NCBI GenBank assembly: GCA_013360865.1
Contig: JABWAS010000005.1
Location: 507 to 64,506 of the forward strand
From: Candidatus Paceibacter sp.
GTDB taxonomy: Bacteria; Patescibacteriota; Minisyncoccia; UBA9983
Length of the DNA: 64,000 nucleotides
Reading direction: 5' to 3'
The notes beneath the pieces were generated by a model. It was not told the origin of the DNA, searched no databases, and was given only the letters and a program-made list of their open reading frames with translations. Below are positions 47,413 to 56,473 of the stretch, one piece after another (the first letter of the stretch is position 1; every line of letters begins with the position of its first letter). The translations under genes were made by a program, and so were the position numbers.

Positions 47413-47484
47413 GGACGATTAGCTCAATGGTAGAGCGCTACATTCACACTGTAGAGGCTAGAGGTTCGATCCCTCTATCGTCCA
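47413..47484 (+). tRNA. tRNA-Val(CAC)
   Basis: GGACGAT/ATCGTCC acceptor, CTACA-TTCACAC-TGTAG anticodon arm. Confidence 0.96.
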
Positions 47485-47497
47485 CTTATCGAAGCAA

Positions 47498-47565
47498 AGG
47501 CCGTAGGCTTGCCCCGTACTTCCGCCGCAGGCGGATAGTAAGGGGTTCAATCCCTACATCGCGCA
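47498..47565 (+). pseudogene. tRNA 3' fragment with a 38-bp hairpin insertion at the T-loop
   Basis: AGGCCGTAGG-[47508-47545]-TTCAATCCCTACATCGCGCA. Confidence 0.7.
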
Positions 47566-47572
47566 CTAAAAT

Positions 47573-47641
47573 CTTACTTTTGAGCCAGTAAAGAAAATTG
47601 CGGACGTGCTTGGCGTGGCGTTTGATGATTTAATTAAGTAA
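47573..47641 (+). pseudogene. C-terminal remnant of an XRE HTH regulator
   Basis: Reads LTFEPVKKIADVLGVAFDDLIK* directly before the MTase. Confidence 0.6.
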
Positions 47642-47644
47642 ATT

Positions 47645-48745
47645 ATGGCAAATAAAAATCTTACAAACGCAAAACGGGCAAAGAACGACGAGTTTTATAC
47701 CCAATACGGCGATATTCAGAAAGAGATTGCGGCGTATCTGGAATACAACCCCGATGTGTTTCGGGGCAAAGTGGTGTATTGCAACTGCGACGATCCGTTT
47801 GAAAGCAATTTTTTTCGCTATTTTGTCCTCAATTTCAATAAGATTGGATTAAAACAGCTTATCACCACCAGCTACAAACCTTCGCCCGTAGCCAACACGC
47901 AACTGGGATTATTTGGCGACGACAAAACTCTCACGAAAGCAAAAGGACGCCCCAAAATAACGGCCAACAAATTTATTATCAACGAAGCGCGCGACATAAA
48001 CGGCGACGGCGAGTTTAACTTGAAGGATATTGCCCAACAGTTAAAGGCAAACAAACATAATGAATGGGCGCCACTGGAAGGCGACGGCGATTTCCGCAGC
48101 GATGAATGCATAAATCTGCTCAAACAATCTGACATTGTGATAACAAATCCGCCATTTTCTCTGTTTCGCGAATATGTTAAGCAGCTTTTTGATTATGATA
48201 AAAAATTTTTGATTATTGGCAATATGAATGCAATTACATATAAAGAGGTTTTCCCAAAAATTAAAGAAAACAAGATGTGGCTTGGGGCAACGAATTTTAA
48301 TACCGGCATGTATTTTCAAGTTTCTAATGATTTCGTTTATGCTGATACATATAAATTTGAACGTGAACAAAATGGCGTAAAAGTAAATCGCGTTCCTGGT
48401 GTTTGTTGGTTTACCAACCTAGACCATGGGCGCCGTCATCAACCATTGCCGCTTATGACAATGGAAGAAAATTTAAAATACAGCAAACACAAAGAAATCA
48501 AAGGCAAAAAGGCGTATGATAAATATGACAACTACGATGCCATAGAAGTGCCGTTCACCGACTCCATCCCGAGTGATTATAACGGCGTAATAGGCGTGCC
48601 GATTAGTTTTTTGGATAAATATAATCCTGACCAGTTTGAAATTGTTAAATTTAGACACGGAAGCGATGACAAGGATTTAAGATTAAAAAATGGAACATGC
48701 CCGTATTTTAGAATTTTGATTAAACATAAGAGAGTGGGGAAGTAA
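47645..48745 (+). CDS. Adenine-specific DNA methyltransferase, EcoRI family
   Basis: KNDEFYT, VYCNCDDP, GDFRS, ITNPPFSLFR, WFTNL. Confidence 0.93.
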   Translation: MANKNLTNAKRAKNDEFYTQYGDIQKEIAAYLEYNPDVFRGKVVYCNCDDPFESNFFRYFVLNFNKIGLKQLITTSYKPSPVANTQLGLFGDDKTLTKAKGRPKITANKFIINEARDINGDGEFNLKDIAQQLKANKHNEWAPLEGDGDFRSDECINLLKQSDIVITNPPFSLFREYVKQLFDYDKKFLIIGNMNAITYKEVFPKIKENKMWLGATNFNTGMYFQVSNDFVYADTYKFEREQNGVKVNRVPGVCWFTNLDHGRRHQPLPLMTMEENLKYSKHKEIKGKKAYDKYDNYDAIEVPFTDSIPSDYNGVIGVPISFLDKYNPDQFEIVKFRHGSDDKDLRLKNGTCPYFRILIKHKRVGK

Positions 48746-48746
48746 T

Positions 48747-49373
48747 ATGAAAGTAGCAGATAAAAACAAAAATGAAAGAAGGGTTTATATGAAAAAAATA
48801 GCAAATAAGCAACTTGCCAATTTATTGGGTGCTTCTGAGGATGTGAAGCGCGCTACTGTTATTTTTAAGAGCCTGAAAAATAATGAATTTACAACAGGAA
48901 CGACCAAAAAAGATAATTGGCTAAGAGAAATTCTTTTGACATTTATTGTTATCAAGCTGTATACACTTTTTGATAGTCATAATAACGCATTGAGTTTAGA
49001 AAAATTTTTGAAACACAATGCTTGCCATGTTACAAATAGTGAAAATATAAAGGATATTAGGGGTAGATTAGACAATATAAAAAAGTGCAATCAATTACTT
49101 ATTACACAGATTGAAAATAATAGGCACGAAAAAGGACATATTCCCCAAAAATCGGAACTTGGTGTAACAAAAGAGGTTGCAGATAAAATAAGAGAGTTTG
49201 GAAAAATGACTGGGAATGAGGAATACAAGAACCAGAAATCAGTTACTGATGAATATATGAGATTTTCTGTTGGAAACTTTCCGGCAGATAAAGCTAGTAA
49301 ATTGGCAGAGGAATTACAAAAATTAATAATGGGTATTGGGTATCCAAAGACATTAGAAAGTCGTAATTCTTAA
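48747..49373 (+). CDS. Putative HEPN (AbiU2-like) protein
   Basis: Helical; IKLYTLFD...LSL; Rx4H motif (RHEKGH). Confidence 0.5.
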   Translation: MKVADKNKNERRVYMKKIANKQLANLLGASEDVKRATVIFKSLKNNEFTTGTTKKDNWLREILLTFIVIKLYTLFDSHNNALSLEKFLKHNACHVTNSENIKDIRGRLDNIKKCNQLLITQIENNRHEKGHIPQKSELGVTKEVADKIREFGKMTGNEEYKNQKSVTDEYMRFSVGNFPADKASKLAEELQKLIMGIGYPKTLESRNS

Positions 49374-49397
49374 CGCAAAACTTTATGAAACAATCCC

Positions 49398-49470
49398 ATG
49401 CCCAACCAAGACAAAAACAACTAAATTATTATTTATAACACTGTAGACGGCGAATGTTTAGTTGCCGTTG
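49398..49470 (+). pseudogene. Remnant resembling the RhuM family N-terminus
   Basis: MPNQDKNN*IIIYNTVDGE with an in-frame stop. Confidence 0.4.
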
Positions 49471-49690
49471 CTCTTGCAAAAGTCAACTAAATGGCATAAA
49501 ACGTTGACATTGGCATTATAGATATAAACAAACTGAAAACGTAAATATTGCTTGTTTTAACCCAAGATTTACGTTTTTCTGTGCAGTGATACATCTTGTT
49601 TTATTTATTGATACATATTACAATTTGATTGTAGTCGAAAAGCTCTTAAATTCAGCCCTTTTTGCTGTTTGAATGATACATGTTTAAAAA

Positions 49691-50842
49691 ATGAATGATA
49701 CATACAAAAAACTTGAATTGGTAACTCCCGATTTTGATTCAAGGCTGGCAAGTTTGATTATTGAATTGGAAAGAATGAGGGAGAAAAAACTCGGTGGAAC
49801 AACAGAGGCATCCACCTTTTTTCAATTGAAAAAAATCTTTCATATCTTTGAAAGCGTTGGTTCGGCGCGGATAGAGGGGAATAATACGACCGTTGCCGAA
49901 TACATAGAAATTACGATTGAAGACGGCAATAAAGAAAAAGATGAAAACATCGTGGAAATTGAAAATTCCGAAAGGGCGATGGATTTTATAGACAATGCCT
50001 TGATTAGTCGTCATAAAAAGATAGACCGCGCTTTTATAAGCGATATACACAAAATCGTAACCAAAGATCTTTCGGCATCAAAAGAGGGGAGCAAGACGCC
50101 GGGCGATTATAGAAAAGTTCCAGTTGTGATTAAAAATTCAAAACATAAGCCGGCAGATTACATAAAAGTTCCCGATTTAATGGAAGAATTAATTGATTTT
50201 ATAAACGTGGAAAATGAACCAAAGTATGATTTGTTAAAAACAGCTATCGCTCATCATCGTTTTGCGTGGATACACCCTTTTGATAACGGGAACGGAAGGT
50301 CTGTCCGACTTTTTACTTACGCAATGCTGGTAAATTATGGTTTTAACGTTGAGGTTGGAAGAATTATAAATCCAACCGCGGTTTTTTGTATTGATAGAAA
50401 TAAGTATTATGACGCGCTTGCGAAAGCGGATGATTTTTCAAAAGAAGGGCTGTTGTCTTGGTGCGAATATTTTTTGTCCGGATTGAAACGAGAAATTGAA
50501 AAGATATACAAGTTGGCGGATTATCAGTTTTTGAAAACCAAGATATTGTTACCCGCTCTGGATATGTCTTTAAATAGAAAAGTTATTAATGATGAAGAAT
50601 ATAAAATTCTGAAAGTTGCCGTTGAAAAACAAGTTTTCCAGTTCTCAGATATTTCCCCTGTTTTCGCTGACATGCCGAGAGTAACATTGTCTAGAAAAAT
50701 ATCAGCATTAAAAAAGAAAGAGATGATAATGCCCCAAGGGAAAAGTTCCATTAAATATGTTTTATGTTTTGGCAATAAATATTTAAGAAGGGACGTTGTA
50801 GAGATGTTGGATAAGAACGGGTTTCTTCCTGCTAATACATAA
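49691..50842 (+). CDS. Fic family protein
   Basis: [12 protein letters not shown]; N-terminal SARIEG inhibitory motif. Confidence 0.95.
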   Translation: MNDTYKKLELVTPDFDSRLASLIIELERMREKKLGGTTEASTFFQLKKIFHIFESVGSARIEGNNTTVAEYIEITIEDGNKEKDENIVEIENSERAMDFIDNALISRHKKIDRAFISDIHKIVTKDLSASKEGSKTPGDYRKVPVVIKNSKHKPADYIKVPDLMEELIDFINVENEPKYDLLKTAIAHHRFAWIHPFDNGNGRSVRLFTYAMLVNYGFNVEVGRIINPTAVFCIDRNKYYDALAKADDFSKEGLLSWCEYFLSGLKREIEKIYKLADYQFLKTKILLPALDMSLNRKVINDEEYKILKVAVEKQVFQFSDISPVFADMPRVTLSRKISALKKKEMIMPQGKSSIKYVLCFGNKYLRRDVVEMLDKNGFLPANT

Positions 50843-50847
50843 ACACC

Positions 50848-52017
50848 ATGAAAACAACTCTAAAAACTAACATTACCGTCAAAGATATTTGCGAAGGGTT
50901 CGTCTATAACGAACTTGAGGGCAAAGGTTTATTTGGCTTATCTGGCAAGTTGACCATTCAGCCGGAATATCAACGCAATTATATCTACGCTTCCGACGGC
51001 GGTAAAAGAGAAATGGCCGTCATTGAATCAGTTTTGAAAGGATATCCAATTGGCTTGATTTATTTCAATAAAGTTAGCGAATATAATTTGGAGGTTTTGG
51101 ACGGACAGCAACGCATCACCAGCCTCGGACGTTTTATTACCGACAAATTTGCCATCAAAGACGAAAACGGCATGGAGCAATATTTTGGCGGCATGGCGAA
51201 AGACAAGAAAGTGAAAATTTTGGAAACTAAACTGCTCATTTATGAATGCGAGGGGACGGAAAGCCAGATAAAGGAGTGGTTTAAAACGATTAACATTGCC
51301 GGAGTTCCGCTCGTTCCTCAAGAATTGTTAAACGCAATCTATTCCGGACCGTTCGTTACGCTGGGCAAAGAGGAGTTCAGTAACAGCCAAAATGCCAATA
51401 TTCAAAAATGGAGCGCGTACATAAAAGGCAGCGCGAACCGACAGGCATTTTTTGAGAGAGCCTTAGACTGGGTAAGCAAAGGAAATATTGATGATTACAT
51501 GAGTATTCATCGCTATGACAAAAATATCAATGAGTTAAAAAAATATTTCAACAGCGTGATTGATTGGATCTCCAGTGTATTTACCGATGTAGAAAGCGAG
51601 ATGTGCGGGCTTGAGTGGGGACGGCTGCATGAGGAATATCACAAAAAAGCTTATAATCCGGCAAAAGTATCCGTTGAATTAAAAAAGCTTTATGCTGATC
51701 CTTATGTTAAAAACCGCAAAGGCATTTTTGAGTATATTCTCGGCGGCTCTGTTGATACAAAATTGATTGAAGTCCGAGTCTTTGATGAGGCAATTAAAAA
51801 GTCGGTTTACGCAACACAAACAGCTAAAGCAGAGAAAAAAGGCGAATCAAACTGTCCGCATTGCGCCATGGGGCATGACGCCAACAAGAGTAAAGTTTGG
51901 AGTTTTGGCGAAATGGACGCCGATCATGTGTCGGCTTGGAGTAAGGGCGGTAAAAGCGATATTAAGAATTGCCAAATGTTGTGCAAGACACATAATCGGG
52001 CGAAAGGTAATAGGTAA
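50848..52017 (+). CDS. DUF262 (GmrS-like) plus HNH endonuclease
   Basis: QPEYQR, LDGQQR, FKTIN; CPHC...DADH...NCQMLC..HNRAK. Confidence 0.9.
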   Translation: MKTTLKTNITVKDICEGFVYNELEGKGLFGLSGKLTIQPEYQRNYIYASDGGKREMAVIESVLKGYPIGLIYFNKVSEYNLEVLDGQQRITSLGRFITDKFAIKDENGMEQYFGGMAKDKKVKILETKLLIYECEGTESQIKEWFKTINIAGVPLVPQELLNAIYSGPFVTLGKEEFSNSQNANIQKWSAYIKGSANRQAFFERALDWVSKGNIDDYMSIHRYDKNINELKKYFNSVIDWISSVFTDVESEMCGLEWGRLHEEYHKKAYNPAKVSVELKKLYADPYVKNRKGIFEYILGGSVDTKLIEVRVFDEAIKKSVYATQTAKAEKKGESNCPHCAMGHDANKSKVWSFGEMDADHVSAWSKGGKSDIKNCQMLCKTHNRAKGNR

Positions 52018-52091
52018 ACAATATGGCTGAACCAAATCGGGGAAATAAAGAAAAAAAGAACGAGTTGCGGTCTCGTTCTTTTTTGAGCTAT

Positions 52092-52271
52092 TTATTCCTT
52101 CTGTTGTATGGTTAAGCCAAGTTTGATGGCTATTGCCCTAATAGCATTTTCGGTCCTACCAAGTTTGAATCCGACTACTCGTGTTGGTGTATTTTGACGA
52201 ACCAGCTGTTTTAGTTGTGATACGTCTTTTTGTTGCCATGACTTGCCGGTATTGCGAGTATAATAAGGCAT
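52092..52271 (-). CDS. Small 59-aa HTH-like protein (below the ORF-track cutoff)
   Basis: MPYYTRNTGKSWQQKDVSQLKQLVRQNTPTRVVGFKLGRTENAIRAIAIKLGLTIQQKE*. Confidence 0.65.
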   Translation of the reverse strand: MPYYTRNTGKSWQQKDVSQLKQLVRQNTPTRVVGFKLGRTENAIRAIAIKLGLTIQQKE

Positions 52272-52511
52272 TTGTTTGAACTGTTAATACCCTTGTTTGT
52301 TAAATGACCTAAATCTGATAAGATAAAAGTGTTGAGTTTTTACTTCGAGTTTTAGCCGAAATGCCCCAAAGGGCTAAAAAAGACATTTCTGATTGGTGGG
52401 GGTGTCATTGCCGCAAACAATGACTGCTCCTTATTTTATTTTAGTCCTTTTATCTTTCTTGTCAAACTTATTCACATCTCTATTGACAAATAATTTTACA
52501 GGGATTAGTCT

Positions 52512-53303
52512 ATGAATGACAATATGCTTGGTAAATTTATTTTAGAACAGCGTAAAAAACACAACCTAACGCAGGATTTTTTGGCGTCTAAGATTGGCGT
52601 TTCCCGTCCGACCTACATTCAAATAGAACAAGGCGAGCGGGACTTAACTATCACTGAAGCAAGAAAATTGGCGGATATTTTTGGTATTGTTTTTGACGAT
52701 TTTGTTCAAGGAAAAGATACTTCTGCCATAGTAGAAGTTAAAAAGAGTGTCAAAAAAATAAAAGAAGAAAAGCAAGAAATGAGAATAAGCGTTCCGCAAA
52801 AAAATCTGGAAAAATTTAAGGAAGTTCTGCTTTATGTCTTATCAAAAGTCGGCGGCAAGCCGAATGTCGGCGAAGCGGTGGTTTATAAATTGCTTTATTT
52901 TATTGATTTTGATTTTTATGAAAAATTTGAAGAACAGCTTGTCGGCGCGACATATATTAAAAATCACTATGGACCTACGCCGGTTGAGTTCAAAACTATC
53001 GTTGATGACATGATTAAAAATGGCGAGATCGTCAAAGTAGAGGGAAAATATTTTAATTATCCACAAAGAAAATATTTGCCAATTCGCGAACCCGATTTAA
53101 CGAAATTAAAGGACGCGCGCGAGTTGCGCCATATTGATGAAGTAATAGCAAGACTGGGCGATAAAAATGCCACAGAATTAAGCGAATACTCTCACGAGGA
53201 CACTCCCTGGATTATCGCGAAAGAAAACCAGCCGCTTGATTACGAGGCCGTATTTTACCGCACCCCAAAAACTTCCGTGAGAAATTATGACGTTCAAGAT
53301 TAA
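52512..53303 (+). CDS. XRE HTH plus Panacea (DUF4065/SocA-like) antitoxin
   Basis: LTQDFLA...IEQG; KLLYFIDF, HYGP, LSEYSHEDTPW. Confidence 0.85.
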   Translation: MNDNMLGKFILEQRKKHNLTQDFLASKIGVSRPTYIQIEQGERDLTITEARKLADIFGIVFDDFVQGKDTSAIVEVKKSVKKIKEEKQEMRISVPQKNLEKFKEVLLYVLSKVGGKPNVGEAVVYKLLYFIDFDFYEKFEEQLVGATYIKNHYGPTPVEFKTIVDDMIKNGEIVKVEGKYFNYPQRKYLPIREPDLTKLKDARELRHIDEVIARLGDKNATELSEYSHEDTPWIIAKENQPLDYEAVFYRTPKTSVRNYDVQD

Positions 53304-53661
53304 TTATGGCGAAACGCCGGAATTTCAAAAAGATTTCAAAAGATTACTCAAAAAATTCAAATCGCTTGAGGACGATTTAGAGTTAGCAAAAGTCGCGGTG
53401 ATTGAGCTTTTTCATGTTCAGAAAGTAAATAATTTAAGCACTTTTCCGATTCAGGGTTTTTGCACGGAAAAGATACAAGTTTGTAAAATTAAAAAATTCG
53501 CTTGCAAAGCGTTGAAAGGGCGAGGTTCAAAAAGCGGAATAAGGGTTATTTATGCTTTTCATTGCGAAAACTGCACAGTTGATTTTATTGAGATATATTT
53601 TAAGGGTGAGAAAGAAAATGAAGATAGGGACAGAATTAAGGAATATTTAAAAAATTTTTGA
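53287..53661 (+). CDS. RelE/HigB-like toxin
   Basis: TPEFQKDFKRLLKK, GSKSGIRVIY, IEIYFKG; overlaps the antitoxin. Confidence 0.78.
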   Translation: MTFKINYGETPEFQKDFKRLLKKFKSLEDDLELAKVAVIELFHVQKVNNLSTFPIQGFCTEKIQVCKIKKFACKALKGRGSKSGIRVIYAFHCENCTVDFIEIYFKGEKENEDRDRIKEYLKNF

Positions 53662-53663
53662 GG

Positions 53664-53691
53664 TTGAAATCGCAACTCAAGGAGGTATAAT
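53664..53691 (+). promoter_or_regulatory. Sigma70-type promoter of the ncRNA
   Basis: TTGAAA-N16-TATAAT. Confidence 0.6.
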
Positions 53692-53695
53692 ATAA

Positions 53696-53827
53696 GTGGT
53701 CATTGGGGTAAACTTCCTAGATTGAGTTACTTCAATCGGGAGCCTTATATCCGGTTATGGCCTCGCGCCATGACTATGCGGGCACCCACCTAGCTTACGC
53801 TGGGAGAGTTTACTCCCGGTGGCCATC
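53696..53827 (+). ncRNA. ssrS: Structured ncRNA, probably 6S RNA
   Basis: About 20-bp closing stem GTGGTCATTGGGGTAAACTT/GAGTTTACTCCCGGTGGCCAT; GGGAGC and GGCACCCACCT 6S-like motifs. Confidence 0.6.
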
Positions 53828-53872
53828 GTCCGAATGAGCCTAAAAGATTCATGATTTGTTTAAAGCGGGATG

Positions 53873-54003
53873 CCCGGTAGTACAAAATATGATGGTTTTT
53901 GCTGGGCAGACCGATGTTGCTAGTTTAAAAGTAAAATGATTGTTTGATTGTTATTAGGTTATTTAACCAAAAACGATAAGCAATCATATTTTGTACTACC
54001 GGG
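53873..54003. mobile_element. 131-bp MITE-like element
   Basis: Perfect 21-bp TIRs CCCGGTAGTACAAAATATGAT; ATG on both flanks. Confidence 0.72.
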
Positions 54004-54426
54004 ATGATTTTCGGGAAAAATTTTTCCAAAATATTAGTCGTTTTTCTGGTTTTGTTTTTTATCGGCCAAATGGTCGCCACTTTTTATTCCGTTTACTGGA
54101 GGTGGCCGTGGTTTGATAATCTGATGCATTTTCTGGGCGGGGCGTTTATCGCCATGGCCATGATTTGGTGGTCATCCAAAAGAATTCCGCTTAATTTTTT
54201 GCCGCCGGTTTACACCGCCATCGTTATTTTGGGCTTTGTGGCGCTTGTCGGCGTTGTTTGGGAATTTTACGAATTAGCCGTGGACCGCCTGATAACGAAA
54301 AACAATTACATCCAGCTTTTGGAACAGGGCGGCTTGCTGGACACGCTCAAGGATTTGCTGGTGGATTTGCTGGGCGGTCTGACAATATCGCTGAAATTTT
54401 TATATGAAAGAAAAAAAAGACAATAA
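54004..54426 (+). CDS. Membrane protein (DUF2238/VanZ-like)
   Basis: WFDNLMHFLGG, VGVVWEFYE, DTLKDLLVDLLG. Confidence 0.75.
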   Translation: MIFGKNFSKILVVFLVLFFIGQMVATFYSVYWRWPWFDNLMHFLGGAFIAMAMIWWSSKRIPLNFLPPVYTAIVILGFVALVGVVWEFYELAVDRLITKNNYIQLLEQGGLLDTLKDLLVDLLGGLTISLKFLYERKKRQ

Positions 54427-55813
54427 GCGTAAAGTAAAAATAAGTTTCTTCGGCGGAACGGGGGAGGTGACCGGTTCAAATTACGTGGTGGAATCGGTTT
54501 CCGGTCCGGGCGGCTCCAAAATAGCCGTTGACTGCGGTCTGTTCCAGGGGACGAAAATCGGGGAGGAAAGGAATAACGAGCCGTTTCCTTACGAGCCGCA
54601 ATCGCTGAACGCGCTTATCGTCACTCACGCCCACTTGGACCACATCGGCAGAATTCCCAAACTGGTCAGAGACGGATTTAAAGGCGAGATATATTCCACC
54701 GCGCCCACCAGGGACTTTGCCAGGCTGATGCTGGTAGACAGCATCGGAGTTTTAAGCAAGGAGGCCAAACATAACGGCAAAAACAGCCTTATTTACACCG
54801 AAGCGGACGTGGAAAACGCGATGGCTTTATGGAAAACGAAAAATTACGGGGAAGATTTCGCGGTCGGAGAATTTTCCATCAAACTCAAAGACGCCGGACA
54901 TATCCTGGGTTCGGCTTTCGTGGAAATTTCCGGCGCAGGAAACCCTGAATCTAAAAAAATAATTTTCAGCGGCGATTTGGGCAATTCTCCCGAACCGCTG
55001 CTTAACCCGACGGAAGAAGCCAAAAACGCGGCCTACATGGTGGTGGAAAGCACTTACGGAGACAGACTGCACGAAGATTCCTCGGAGGCCGACATCAAGC
55101 TGGAAAGAATGATTGAGGAGACGGTGAAGAACAACGGCGTTCTGATGATCCCCGCTTTTTCTCTGGAGAGAACGCAAAGACTGCTTTACCAGATGAATAA
55201 TTTAGTGGAAAACGGCCGGGTGCCGAAGCTTTCCATTTTTCTGGACAGCCCGCTTTCAATCGGCGCCACCGGAGTTTACAAAAATCACGTCAATTTTTAC
55301 AGCGGCGAAGCGAAGAATGAAATTTTAAAAGGCGACGACTTGTTCAACTTTCCCGGCCTTAAAATGACCTTGTCCACCGAGGAATCAAAAAACATTTCCG
55401 GCGTTCCGGCGCCGAAAGTGATTATCGCCGGAGCGGGCATGTGCAACGGCGGCAGGATTCTGCATCACCTTAAAAATTATCTGCCCCATAAAAACAACTT
55501 TTTGCTGCTGGTGAGCTATCAGGCCGCCGGGTCTTTGGGCAGGATGCTGCAGGACGGGGCGAGACTGGTAAAAATTATGGGCGAGGAAGTGCCGGTGGAA
55601 GCCAGTGTGGAGAAAATCGGCGGTTATTCTTCCCACGCCGACGCCAACGGCCTCTTGGATTTCGTCGGCAAGTCGGTTGACACGCTCAAGAAAGTTTTTG
55701 TGGCCCACGGCGAGCCTAAATCAAGCCTTTTTCTGACCCAGCGGATAAGAGATTACCTGGGAGTGGACGCTGTTGCTCCGCAGATTGGAGAATCTTTCAC
55801 GGTTGAGATATAA
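54404..55813 (+). CDS. MBL-fold beta-CASP ribonuclease
   Basis: VDCG, THAHLDHIG, AGHILGS, ESTYG, SSHAD, HGE. Confidence 0.95.
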   Translation: MKEKKDNKRKVKISFFGGTGEVTGSNYVVESVSGPGGSKIAVDCGLFQGTKIGEERNNEPFPYEPQSLNALIVTHAHLDHIGRIPKLVRDGFKGEIYSTAPTRDFARLMLVDSIGVLSKEAKHNGKNSLIYTEADVENAMALWKTKNYGEDFAVGEFSIKLKDAGHILGSAFVEISGAGNPESKKIIFSGDLGNSPEPLLNPTEEAKNAAYMVVESTYGDRLHEDSSEADIKLERMIEETVKNNGVLMIPAFSLERTQRLLYQMNNLVENGRVPKLSIFLDSPLSIGATGVYKNHVNFYSGEAKNEILKGDDLFNFPGLKMTLSTEESKNISGVPAPKVIIAGAGMCNGGRILHHLKNYLPHKNNFLLLVSYQAAGSLGRMLQDGARLVKIMGEEVPVEASVEKIGGYSSHADANGLLDFVGKSVDTLKKVFVAHGEPKSSLFLTQRIRDYLGVDAVAPQIGESFTVEI

Positions 55814-55879
55814 TAAAGAAATTCAAAAATCAAAATTAAGGAAAAAAGAGTTAAAAACACTAATTAAATTTTAATTTTT

Positions 55880-56473
55880 ATGAATGAAACACGACATCCT
55901 CATCTTAAGATAAAAATTTGCGTTTCCGGAGCGGCGGAAACGGGCCATTGCGGCATGGACGCTTTGGAATTGGGCCAGGACGTGGGGAAAGAAATAGTAA
56001 GTCAGGGAGCCGTCCTGGTGACCGGCGCCACCACCGGATTTCCGTTTTGGTCGGCCAAGGGAGCCAAAGAAGCGGGCGGCGTTTCCATCGGCATTTCTCC
56101 GGCCGAAACGGAGAAAGAGCACGTGGAGAAATACGGCCTGCCGCTGGAATTCATGGACCTGATAATTTTTACCGGCACCGGTTACGCCGGGCGCAACCTT
56201 TTGCTTACCCGTTCCACCGACGCCGTCATCGTCGGTTGCGGCAGAATCGGCACGCTCAACGAGTTCACCATCGCCTTTGAGGACAACAAGCCGATAGGAG
56301 TTTTGCAGGGCGACTGGGAGACCGACGAGCTCATCCAAAAAATATTGAACGAATCGCACCGCGGCAACGGCAAAGTTATATACGACAAGGACCCCAAAAA
56401 ACTGGTGGCAAGAATAATAGAAATGGTCAAAAAAGAAAAAGACTCTACCGCCCAATGCCCAGGCTGTATATAA
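55880..56473 (+). CDS. LOG/TIGR00725-like Rossmann-fold nucleotide-binding protein
   Basis: LVTGA, GISP, GRN, GRIGTLNEF. Confidence 0.82.
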   Translation: MNETRHPHLKIKICVSGAAETGHCGMDALELGQDVGKEIVSQGAVLVTGATTGFPFWSAKGAKEAGGVSIGISPAETEKEHVEKYGLPLEFMDLIIFTGTGYAGRNLLLTRSTDAVIVGCGRIGTLNEFTIAFEDNKPIGVLQGDWETDELIQKILNESHRGNGKVIYDKDPKKLVARIIEMVKKEKDSTAQCPGCI

